Of a stretch of DNA of 64,000 nt, positions 19,110-27,128 are shown piece after piece. Position numbers and translations under genes: made by a program. Origin of the DNA: Candidatus Sericytochromatia bacterium (lineage in GTDB: Bacteria > Cyanobacteriota > Sericytochromatia > UBA7694); assembly GCA_044356335.1 (NCBI GenBank), contig JBIKWL010000007.1, positions 271 to 64,270 of the forward strand, read 5' to 3'. Every line of letters begins with the position of its first letter. Position 1 is the first letter of the stretch. The notes under the pieces are model-generated. The model saw only the letters and a list, made by a program, of their open reading frames with translations, searched no databases and was not told the DNA's origin.

Positions 19110-19327
19110 TATTTCAAACTAATGATTTAAGGAATCTATAACTATGAAAATACGTTCTCTGATTTTGGCTGTTTTTGGTTTTTGCGGTGTCTGCAAAAAA
19201 GAATAAACGATTTGGGGAAAATGTGGACATTGTGGCATTCAGCTCTGCCCTCAGTGCAAAAAGGGAATGACCTGTCCGCAGTGCGGAAAAATGAAAGTTG
19301 AAAATATTTAAAAGAGCGATTTACTTA

Positions 19328-20056
19328 TCAGGACATAAAGTCAAAAGCCAATTGCTTTACTTCAGCATTATTGGTCTTGGGAGTGCACGAAAAATCGTTT
19401 AATACGGCCAAATAGTCTTTCCGATTCTGAAGACATCCCAGCAAGCCCCGCCTTTTTAAAGCCAAAAACAGAGCGGCAGAGTGGGCTTGGCAATTCAGAG
19501 AGCGAGTGGGATTAAACTCAATATCTGTAAAGGCCTCAAATTCATCCAATTGGATCTTGTTTTGCAGCAAGGCTTGTAAATAGATCCAGTCATAAAAGGC
19601 TGTAGTCGGCTCTAACGGCCAGTCTTCGTCTTCAAGTTGAAATCGAATCAATGGACCCGAAGTTTGCAAACGCACATCTTTGCGTGCTTCGCGTGAATTG
19701 AATAGATACAAATCTTTGAAAGGGCCGCCATTTTGAAAAACTTTGCTGGCCTGAAAAATGACCTCAATGGGCCATTTCCCCTGACTGAGTTGCAAAGATA
19801 AGTGAAAGGCACTCAGTTGCATACCCAAGATTCGCTGAGACTTACTCGAGATTTCTAAGATAGGGTTGAGCTTTAATTGAGTCTGGGCAGCAGCATGGAA
19901 GGCGGCGACTGAACGCTGTTTTTGGGCAATCGAAAAGCCCGGAAACCAATTAAATTCGACCATGACGGTTTTGACCAATTGGTTGGGATCCGAAGAAGGA
20001 AGAAAGATCGGACGCTGAGCCATAATGTGCCTCTTTATGCTTGCCACTTTTGGCAA
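19328..20056 (-). CDS. Hypothetical protein; candidate cognate partner (antitoxin?) of the DarT-like gene, no macrodomain motifs seen
   Basis: Its start overlaps the 3' end of the upstream DarT-like ORF by 22 nt on the same strand. No GGG(V) or macro signatures and no recognisable family. Confidence 0.4.
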   Translation of the reverse strand: MPKVASIKRHIMAQRPIFLPSSDPNQLVKTVMVEFNWFPGFSIAQKQRSVAAFHAAAQTQLKLNPILEISSKSQRILGMQLSAFHLSLQLSQGKWPIEVIFQASKVFQNGGPFKDLYLFNSREARKDVRLQTSGPLIRFQLEDEDWPLEPTTAFYDWIYLQALLQNKIQLDEFEAFTDIEFNPTRSLNCQAHSAALFLALKRRGLLGCLQNRKDYLAVLNDFSCTPKTNNAEVKQLAFDFMS

Positions 20057-20601
20057 TGAATCAAAAATTCAGGGGGAACGCGACGCAAGACCAGAATTTC
20101 AGCTTGAAACCTTTTGAAGTCTTGTCTTGGGCCTTTTTTTAGATCTTGAAACAAGTCATAGCGAATTTCTTGTAAGCCCAATGCGCCTTTAAAGAAGCGG
20201 GTATGTCTATCCAAAGAGTTGTGAGTACTGACCAGAAATTCTTTTTGCAGGTTTAAAACTGCGGGATGAATTTCAATTTTCCAAAGATCAAGTTCGGGAT
20301 GGGCATTTTTGGCTGAATAAACCATGGGGTATTGATCATGAAATCCCAAATGCAAATATTTGTCATGGTTCATAGCTTTTTCTGCCTGTCGAGAGCTGGG
20401 GAGACTTATGTAAGCTGCAACCTTGAGCCGATTCTGTGCAAGTAGGCGGGGGCTTAAAATACCCAATTTGAAAATGCTGTCTAAATTTCGGCGATCCGTA
20501 ATATGCCAAAGAGATTTTACACCCTTAGCTTTTAAATAGGGAACAGGATCCTGTGCAGTCGTTGGGGATGCGTTGATTGGCGTTTCATTTATACCCAGCA
20601 T
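20035..20601 (-). CDS. DarT-like (DUF4433) ssDNA ADP-ribosyltransferase toxin candidate
   Basis: The N-terminal 'SLWHITDRRNLDSIFKLGILS' resembles the DarT/DUF4433 'YHITHxxNLxSIL..G.L.S' start. The C-terminal 'FQAEILVLRRVP' resembles the DarT 'AE(F/L)LV' segment carrying the catalytic Glu. Size 188 aa. Confidence 0.55.
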   Translation of the reverse strand: MLGINETPINASPTTAQDPVPYLKAKGVKSLWHITDRRNLDSIFKLGILSPRLLAQNRLKVAAYISLPSSRQAEKAMNHDKYLHLGFHDQYPMVYSAKNAHPELDLWKIEIHPAVLNLQKEFLVSTHNSLDRHTRFFKGALGLQEIRYDLFQDLKKGPRQDFKRFQAEILVLRRVPPEFLIHCQKWQA

Positions 20602-20747
20602 TCAATTCAGCCTCCGTTCAATTCTATTGATGCGAGCTTAAGCTGAGGCTTTCGTGAGCAGGTGTCAAAAAACAGAGGGATTTAAAGTCTCTGTCTGAGC
20701 GGGTATACTTGATTACACGTTGAATACATCAGAACTGGAACAAGGGT

Positions 20748-21239
20748 GTGTTAAAACTTTTCTTTGCTTTTTCGCTTTTGGCGCTTAGCCTACTTTCTGG
20801 CCCTCGTCTGGCCTTGGCGGATTTTACGCCCATGGATGGGAAAATCACCCGCGTTTTAAATGGCGATACAATTCAGTTTAAATTCAAAAAACACAGTTTT
20901 CGTTTGCAACTGTATGGCATTGATGCCCCCGAGGAAGGCCAACCCCAAGCTTTGGCTGCCAAAAAATACTTGGAAAATTTGGCCTTGCTCAAACCCGCCC
21001 ATGTCCAGGTTTTATCCAAAGACCTCTACAAACGCTATATCGCCAAAGTGACCCTTTCGTCTCAGATCGATTTGAGTCAAGAAATGGTCAAGGCGGGTTA
21101 TGCTTGGTGGTACCGCAAATATGCCCCCAATCAGACCACATTAAAAGAGTTAGAAGCCCTGGCCAAAAAGCAGAAATTGGGCATTTGGAAAGATGCAACC
21201 CCCACTCCTCCCTGGGAGTTCAGAGAACACACCCGCTAG
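20748..21239 (+). CDS. Secreted staphylococcal-nuclease (SNase/thermonuclease) homologue
   Basis: Signal peptide. 'VLNGDTIQF...LQLYGIDAPEEGQP...KRYIAKV...GYAWWYRKY' follows the SNase layout. Confidence 0.7.
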   Translation: MLKLFFAFSLLALSLLSGPRLALADFTPMDGKITRVLNGDTIQFKFKKHSFRLQLYGIDAPEEGQPQALAAKKYLENLALLKPAHVQVLSKDLYKRYIAKVTLSSQIDLSQEMVKAGYAWWYRKYAPNQTTLKELEALAKKQKLGIWKDATPTPPWEFREHTR

Positions 21240-21253
21240 CCCATTACTGGATT

Positions 21254-22321
21254 TTAGGGGCAAGTCGCTTGACAGGCTTCGTCGTGGCTCAGTTCACAGG
21301 CCTTGGCAAAATCTGCCTTGGCCTTGGAGCAATCACCCTGGGCTTTTTCAATCTGGGCGCGATGAAACCAGGCCCACCGAAAGTCTGGACGCAATTGAAT
21401 TGCCTGGTTGAGATCCTCTAGGGCTTGAGCTGTTTGGCCTTGCTTAAAAAAAGTCCATCCGCGGGTGCTGTAAGCGACGGCATAAGTGAGGTCTAAAGCG
21501 ATGGCTTGATTCGAATCGGAAAGGGCCTCTGGCCATTTGTTTTGGGCCTGATACACCAAGGCACGGTTGTTGTAAGCCGCCACATAGCGATTGTCGAGCT
21601 TGAGACAGCGCTCATAATAGGCCAATGCCAAGTCGTAATCCTTTGCTTGGTAGGCTTGATAGCCCACTTTGATCAACGCCGAGGGTTCCATCTTGAGCGC
21701 TTGGAGTGGAAGTCCCCGCAGATTATATTGCATACCAGCCCAAAGCAAGCCAATCCCAATCACCACAAATGCAAGACTCCAACCGGCCAATAAAAGGGGA
21801 TTGCGAGAGATTTTTTCCAACATTTTTAAGGGTTGGGTTTTGCGATGGGTGATTAACGGGGCGGTAATCGGGCGGGAGAGCGTGCCGGTTTGATTTGATT
21901 GGGGCAAAGGCTTAGAAAGCGTCTGTAAATACCATTTTAAGACACTGGGCAATAAGACCAAAGCATGTTGAACTTGCTCTTGGTTAATTTTTTCATCGGT
22001 TTCTTTGGGATGAGCACCATAGGTTCCCAAGCGGTTAAGATGCATCATTGTATCGTAGACACTGTGAGGCAAACCCTTGGATTGATTCAATTGCTGTAAT
22101 TGATTTTGAAGGGGTTGGGTTTTGGGAGCTTTTCCCAATTCTGCAAAATAAATAGCGTGAACCATTTTTTCGAGTAAATGACGTATGAATACGAGAACAA
22201 CGATGGGGTCTTCGTTGGCAAGGATCTTGGCTGCTGTTTCAGCCATGTCAGGCTCTTGCTCTGACAACGTATTGAGCCAAGGCTGAAGTTGTTTGCGCTC
22301 TGATTCCCAATTGACGTGCAT
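21254..22321 (-). CDS. TPR-repeat membrane protein with Cys-rich C-terminal tail (paralogue of 153..1523 tail)
   Basis: TM segment 'LLLAGWSLAFVVIGIGLLWA'. TPR repeats ('YNNRALVY', 'YSTRGWTF'). C-terminus '..KAKADFAKACELSHDEACQATCP'. Confidence 0.6.
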   Translation of the reverse strand: MHVNWESERKQLQPWLNTLSEQEPDMAETAAKILANEDPIVVLVFIRHLLEKMVHAIYFAELGKAPKTQPLQNQLQQLNQSKGLPHSVYDTMMHLNRLGTYGAHPKETDEKINQEQVQHALVLLPSVLKWYLQTLSKPLPQSNQTGTLSRPITAPLITHRKTQPLKMLEKISRNPLLLAGWSLAFVVIGIGLLWAGMQYNLRGLPLQALKMEPSALIKVGYQAYQAKDYDLALAYYERCLKLDNRYVAAYNNRALVYQAQNKWPEALSDSNQAIALDLTYAVAYSTRGWTFFKQGQTAQALEDLNQAIQLRPDFRWAWFHRAQIEKAQGDCSKAKADFAKACELSHDEACQATCP

Positions 22322-22462
22322 GTTAATTTTCCTACCCCATTATATCCGCCGCCTGTCTGGATTCAAAGTATAGTCATTTGCCATTTCCCCCAAAACAAGC
22401 TATCTTGCCTTGGCTGCTAAGCAGCCGCAACACACCCATTTACGAAACACGAGGAACAGAGT

Positions 22463-23047
22463 ATGAGCTGGGAAAAACTGGACCAATTTTTAGTCAAAGA
22501 ACATGTGGGCATGTTCAAGGCCGCCAATAATTTTGATATCTTCGACCTCAACGGCGGAGACAAGGTGATGGAGTGCCGCGAGCCCAATTTGGGCATGCTC
22601 ACCAAAATCTTCAGATTCACCGATTACAAACGCATGACCCCCTTTGAAATTATTATCACCGACACCCAAGGCAAACAGGTCGTGAAGATCAAACGCGGTA
22701 TTTCGATCTTCTTGTCGAAGGTCGAAGTCTTTAACGAAAAAGACCAGTACATTGGCGGGTTTGCCCAGAAGTTCTTTTCGATTGGCGGCAAATTCGATGT
22801 GCTGGATAAAGCCGGCAATCCGGTCTGCACCCTCAAAGGCAAATGGACCGGCTGGGATTTTAAATTTCTCCAGGGCGAAACTGAATATGCCCACGTGACC
22901 AAAAAATGGGCTGGCCTGGGCAAAGAGCTGTTTACCTCTGCCGACAATTATGTGCTGGAAATGTCCGACAAGGTCAAAGACAAACCCGATCTCAAGCGCC
23001 TGATCCTGGCTGCCGTGATGTGTATCGACATGGTCTTAAAAGAGTAA
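22463..23047 (+). CDS. LURP-one-related/DUF567 (tubby-like fold) family protein
   Basis: Pattern and length resemble LOR/DUF567 proteins. Weak call. Confidence 0.4.
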   Translation: MSWEKLDQFLVKEHVGMFKAANNFDIFDLNGGDKVMECREPNLGMLTKIFRFTDYKRMTPFEIIITDTQGKQVVKIKRGISIFLSKVEVFNEKDQYIGGFAQKFFSIGGKFDVLDKAGNPVCTLKGKWTGWDFKFLQGETEYAHVTKKWAGLGKELFTSADNYVLEMSDKVKDKPDLKRLILAAVMCIDMVLKE

Positions 23048-23073
23048 ATTCCGAAAGCCCCAAAGTCAAAATG

Positions 23074-23110
23074 CCGCTGAGAAGCATTTCTCAGCGGCCT
23101 TTTCCTGTTT
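23074..23110. terminator. Bidirectional rho-independent terminator (GCCGCTGAGAA-GCAT-TTCTCAGCGGC + T-tract)
   Basis: An 11-bp perfect stem followed by CTTTTCCTGTTT, between convergent genes. Confidence 0.6.
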
Positions 23111-23132
23111 AACCCAGATTGTCTAAGCGGAG

Positions 23133-24428
23133 TTAGCTTTCGCTCAGCACTCCCTGGCGCGCGTCCCATTTGCGGCTGGCAACGGCAATGCCAATCCCAA
23201 TCAAGACCACACAGATCGTAAAGATCAGCTCGGGCAATTTGACCTGTTTGATCAGCCAAGCCGAGACCAGACAGGCCAGCACGGGCAAAAAGATTCCACC
23301 GGGGATTTTAAATTTGCGCTCAAGTTGGGGCTGTTTGATCCTCAGCCAAATCACCGCCAAACAGGTGGAGCTGTATTGGCTGATCACCGCCAGATTGGAG
23401 ATATCTACCAAGGCATTAAAGTCCAGCCAAATCGCCATCACCGCCGTCAGGCCCATGGTGATCACAATCGCGCGCGCAGGGGTGAAATACCTGGGATGAA
23501 TGCCTTTGAGCCATTGCGGCAAAAAGCGGTCTTCGGCCAGGGCCTCCAAATAGCGGGCCGAACCCATGGCATTGCCGGCGCTGTAACCGGTCATGGAGAT
23601 CGCGGCCCCAGCGGCCATCAGGGTCGCACCCAGCGGGCCCATAAAGCTGGCCGCCGCATCTGCCAGGGGCTTCTTTGAACCTGCCAAGCCATCAAAGCTG
23701 CCCACAGCCACAATCTGAATCAGGGTATAAAAGAGCGCCACTGCCAACAGTGAGCCCACGGTGGCCAGGGGCACATCGCGGCGGGGATTCTTGCTTTCGC
23801 CCGCCACCACGGGGGTGGTCTCGAAGCCCTGTAGCGGCCAGAGCGAGAGAAAGATCGCGGCACCGAGGGTATTCATGTCGGTGTTGAGCGCGCCCTGAAA
23901 ATTCCCCATTTTGATATGGAAAAGCCCAATGCCCACAAAGATCGCCAGGGGCAGGGTTTTGGCCAGGGTAAAGAAGTTGACAGTCAAAGCGCCCATTTTG
24001 ACGCCGAAATAATTGATAGTGCCAAAGGTCAGAATCAAGGAAACGGCCAGGATTTTGGTGGCGAGGGTCCCGTTAAACACCGGATGAAACCAGGCCAATT
24101 GGGAGCTGATCGCATTGGCCACCGCCGCCCAGGAAAAGATCGAGGTGACCCAGGCCATCCAGCCCACGACAAAGCCCACTTTGGGGCCAAAGGCGGTCAG
24201 GGCGTAAATATACGAACCGCCGTTGCGCTGGGTTAAACCCGCCATTTCGGCATAACACAGGGCCACGGTCACGAGCAAAAAACCGCAGAGCACAAAGGCA
24301 AAGATCGAGGTGGGGCCAGCGACGGTGGCCAATTTACCGGGAAAGAGAAAAATACCAGAGCCAATAATCGCGTTGACACCGAGACAGAGAATATCTGGCA
24401 GGGTCAGGCGGCGGGCCAGTTCAGACAT
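23133..24428 (-). CDS. APC-superfamily amino acid permease
   Basis: About 12 predicted TM helices. The N-terminus 'LTLPDILCLGVNAIIGSGIFLFPG' is typical of amino acid/polyamine permeases. Confidence 0.75.
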   Translation of the reverse strand: MSELARRLTLPDILCLGVNAIIGSGIFLFPGKLATVAGPTSIFAFVLCGFLLVTVALCYAEMAGLTQRNGGSYIYALTAFGPKVGFVVGWMAWVTSIFSWAAVANAISSQLAWFHPVFNGTLATKILAVSLILTFGTINYFGVKMGALTVNFFTLAKTLPLAIFVGIGLFHIKMGNFQGALNTDMNTLGAAIFLSLWPLQGFETTPVVAGESKNPRRDVPLATVGSLLAVALFYTLIQIVAVGSFDGLAGSKKPLADAAASFMGPLGATLMAAGAAISMTGYSAGNAMGSARYLEALAEDRFLPQWLKGIHPRYFTPARAIVITMGLTAVMAIWLDFNALVDISNLAVISQYSSTCLAVIWLRIKQPQLERKFKIPGGIFLPVLACLVSAWLIKQVKLPELIFTICVVLIGIGIAVASRKWDARQGVLSES

Positions 24429-24440
24429 GGGGGCTTCCTT

Positions 24441-24851
24441 CTATTGATGTACTTGGACAAAGTCCAGATAGTGCTGGAGGGCTTCAGCCCGTGTTTTAAA
24501 CAGGAGATAGGTGGCGCGGGCCTTGAGCCATTCGGATTGGCTGCCAGGCACAAAAAAGGCCTGTTCCAGGTAGAGGCGTTCTGAAGCCAGATAATGCTGC
24601 CAGAGCAGATGGCTGTGTTTGAGCGCAAGATTGCGATCCCCCCCCAGGGCAAGATACAGCCTTGCCACTTCTTTTTCCAGGGCCAAACTCTGTTCTCGGT
24701 AACACTGCGCTTCGCTGCTGGTGCCAGGGTACGTTTGCAGACAGAGCAACAGGGCTTTCTCAGGATTTTCAGCGGGGACATTGGCCACAGCAGGGGCCTG
24801 CCCCCCAACCAGAAAGACCATCAACATGGCCCAAATGTAGTATTTATACAT
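24441..24851 (-). CDS. Secreted DUF1311 (LprI-like) family protein
   Basis: Likely start at the internal Met (MYKYYIWAMLMVFLVGGQAPAVA signal). 'C..Y...C...Q...W...YL..E' helical pattern as in DUF1311. Confidence 0.4.
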   Translation of the reverse strand: MYKYYIWAMLMVFLVGGQAPAVANVPAENPEKALLLCLQTYPGTSSEAQCYREQSLALEKEVARLYLALGGDRNLALKHSHLLWQHYLASERLYLEQAFFVPGSQSEWLKARATYLLFKTRAEALQHYLDFVQVHQ

Positions 24852-24894
24852 AGCTGACCAGAGGCAGAATCGCCTTCTGCCTCTGGCTCTCAAT

Positions 24895-25815
24895 CTACTG
24901 TTTGATCTTGGTGGTGACCGTGGTCTCAACAGTCAGGTCGCCACCTTTGGTGGGCTGAGGCTGCGCCTGAATCTGAGCTGAACCCCCCGCGATATTGCGC
25001 AGCGTCTCCAGGATGATATTCGAGGCAGATTGGTAAGAGCCTCTCGCTGCTGAACTTGCCGCAGACAGGCCGTTTTGGGCCTGGTTGCGAATAAACACAT
25101 CACTGGCTTTGGAGTTGATACTATCGAGCTGACGGTAAGCGCCATGGTAGATCGATTCCCGGCTCAGATTGTGGATGCTGCCATTGCTCATGATCTGTCC
25201 GCCTTGGCTGCGCACAGCGGTGTGAATATTCTGAATCGCATCCGAGGCCAGCCGTTTCATATCCTGGTCGTTGTTATTGTGTTTGGCTTTGATATCGCTG
25301 AGGGCTTTGAGGTAAGAATTGAGCCGCTTTTCGGGGTCTTTGATCAGCTTTCCGCCGTCGAGGGTGGCGGTAATGATGCTGCGCAGATTAGAAGAATCTC
25401 CGGTCAATTCATTCAGCTTTTGCAGGTATTTTTCGGCCATGCCTGCCACGTCTCCGGCATTTTCTGAGCCAGTGACGGTATTGTCGTGATTGACACCGCC
25501 AACAAATCCAAAGTCCACCGCTTTGTGCAGGGCATTGATCGCCACATCTGTCTGTTGGAAAACTTTATTGTCAAAGCTTTGCGTGGGGGCAGAAAAGAGA
25601 TCTTGCATCACGGCTGCGCCACCGGCATCAAAGTTGCCTGCTTGCACCTGATCGGCCAAAAAGGCTTTGGCTGACTCACTGGCTTCGCCCCCTTTGGCGG
25701 TCATCTTTTCTTTGATATCTATGGCTTCAAATTTATCTACTTTGCCAGGTGAATAGGGATCGCTGAGTGCGCGCGATACCATATCTCTTGCTGCGTTTAA
25801 ACCAAAATTACCCAT
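24895..25815 (-). CDS. Hypothetical Gly/Ala/Ser/Asn-rich protein (no signal peptide)
   Basis: Start at MGNFGLNAARDM with a GGAGGA RBS 6 nt upstream. The ORF track N-extension runs through the AT-rich repeat and is unlikely to be real. Confidence 0.45.
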   Translation of the reverse strand: MGNFGLNAARDMVSRALSDPYSPGKVDKFEAIDIKEKMTAKGGEASESAKAFLADQVQAGNFDAGGAAVMQDLFSAPTQSFDNKVFQQTDVAINALHKAVDFGFVGGVNHDNTVTGSENAGDVAGMAEKYLQKLNELTGDSSNLRSIITATLDGGKLIKDPEKRLNSYLKALSDIKAKHNNNDQDMKRLASDAIQNIHTAVRSQGGQIMSNGSIHNLSRESIYHGAYRQLDSINSKASDVFIRNQAQNGLSAASSAARGSYQSASNIILETLRNIAGGSAQIQAQPQPTKGGDLTVETTVTTKIKQ

Positions 25816-25855
25816 GGGTGTCCTCCGGACAGATTTACTCTTATTAACTATCTTA

Positions 25856-25935
25856 AGTTTAAACTCGATTCTGAACCAAATTTTTGTGAAAAAATATTGA
25901 GAAAAAATTTTAAGAAAAAATTTCGAGAAAAATTT
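25856..25935. repeat. Four tandem ~13-bp A/T-rich direct repeats (GAGAAAAAATTTT-like) upstream of gene 24895..25815
   Basis: Read directly: tgtgaaaaaatat / tgagaaaaaattt / taagaaaaaattt / cgagaaaaattt. Confidence 0.5.
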
Positions 25936-25940
25936 AAAAA

Positions 25941-27107
25941 TTAGGCCTGGGCCCATTTTTTGCCCAAGTACGCCCCAATCTGAACCAAGGCGGATGTGCT
26001 GGCGGTGCTTGAGTTCTCTGTCTCATCTGCCCACTCCACAAGTGCGTACGACTCAATCACTCCCGCAGGCCGGGGAACGGTCAGTTTTTGCCCTGTCACC
26101 AAAACCACGGGGATGTGCAAATCTTTTGCCAGCTGGATTAAGCGCGCAGGCCATTTGCCAAAACCGGATTGTGCGTCGAATTGCCCCTCACCCGTGATCA
26201 GCAGATCGGCCTTGGGCAAAGCGCTTTCGAGCAGAGCGCTTTCGAGCAAAGCGCTTTCGAGCCCTGTGAGCTGCAGCATCTGTTCGGTACCTCTAAGCAA
26301 TTGTGCGCCCAACAGGGCTTTGAGCCCCAGTCCCAGGCCCCCAGCCGCCCCCGCACCGGGGGTCTTGATCAGGTCTGATGCTGATTCTTTGAGCTGCAGG
26401 TCTTCACAGAGCCTGTGTGCCCAATGTTGTAAACCCGCTTCAAGTTTGGGGAGATCTTCGGGCTGGGCCCCTTTTTGCGGGCTGTATATGGCGACTCCGC
26501 CATTGGGGCCCAAGAGGGGGTTCGAGACGTCACAGAAAGCCATCACAGGGGTTTGTGCTGCAATAAAGGGGGTGGACGGCGGCACAATTTGGGCCAGTCT
26601 GTGAATCTGGGCTGGGCAAGGGGGGATCTGTTTGCCTTGGGCGTCTAAAAGCAGATAGCCCAAGGCTTGAGCCAGGCCCATGCCGCCATCCACGGTGCCA
26701 CTGGAGCCCAAACCCAGCAGCCATTCTTTGGGCTGCAGCGCCTGTGCTGACCAAAACAATTCACCCAAACCCAAACTGTTGACGTGTAAGGGATGGCGCT
26801 GCGAACGCGGGATCAGATGCAGGCCCGTTGCCTGGCAGGTTTCAATTACAACGCGCATTGTCTGGGCTTGCCAACCAAATTGGGCCAGAGCCAATTCCCC
26901 GTGGGGGGCATGAATGGCGGTCTGCTGCAAGCTTAATTGCAACGGCCGCTGCAGCGCTTCCAAGAATCCTTGGCCGCCGTCACTGACAGGCCAAATTTCA
27001 CACTCAAGACTGGGATGGGTTTGGCCCATGCCTTCAGCTAGGGCTTCAGCCACTTCCAACGAGCTCAGGGTGCCTTTAAACTTATCCAGCGCCAGCAGGA
27101 TCTTCAC
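25941..27107 (-). CDS. Glycerate kinase
   Basis: 'MKILLALDKFKGTLSSLEVAEA' at the N-terminus and '..LITGEGQFDAQSGFGK' near the C-terminus are typical of the GarK/GlxK family. Confidence 0.75.
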   Translation of the reverse strand: MKILLALDKFKGTLSSLEVAEALAEGMGQTHPSLECEIWPVSDGGQGFLEALQRPLQLSLQQTAIHAPHGELALAQFGWQAQTMRVVIETCQATGLHLIPRSQRHPLHVNSLGLGELFWSAQALQPKEWLLGLGSSGTVDGGMGLAQALGYLLLDAQGKQIPPCPAQIHRLAQIVPPSTPFIAAQTPVMAFCDVSNPLLGPNGGVAIYSPQKGAQPEDLPKLEAGLQHWAHRLCEDLQLKESASDLIKTPGAGAAGGLGLGLKALLGAQLLRGTEQMLQLTGLESALLESALLESALPKADLLITGEGQFDAQSGFGKWPARLIQLAKDLHIPVVLVTGQKLTVPRPAGVIESYALVEWADETENSSTASTSALVQIGAYLGKKWAQA

Positions 27108-27128
27108 TTACAGGTCAGACAAGCGCGT

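Noticed and set aside
23170-24258. Antisense ORFs (23170..23499, 23325..23678, 23675..23887, 23916..24236) overlapping the amino-acid permease gene
   Set aside because: These are shadow ORFs of a GC-rich gene. Their products are Arg/Gly/His-rich low-complexity sequences with no domain features.
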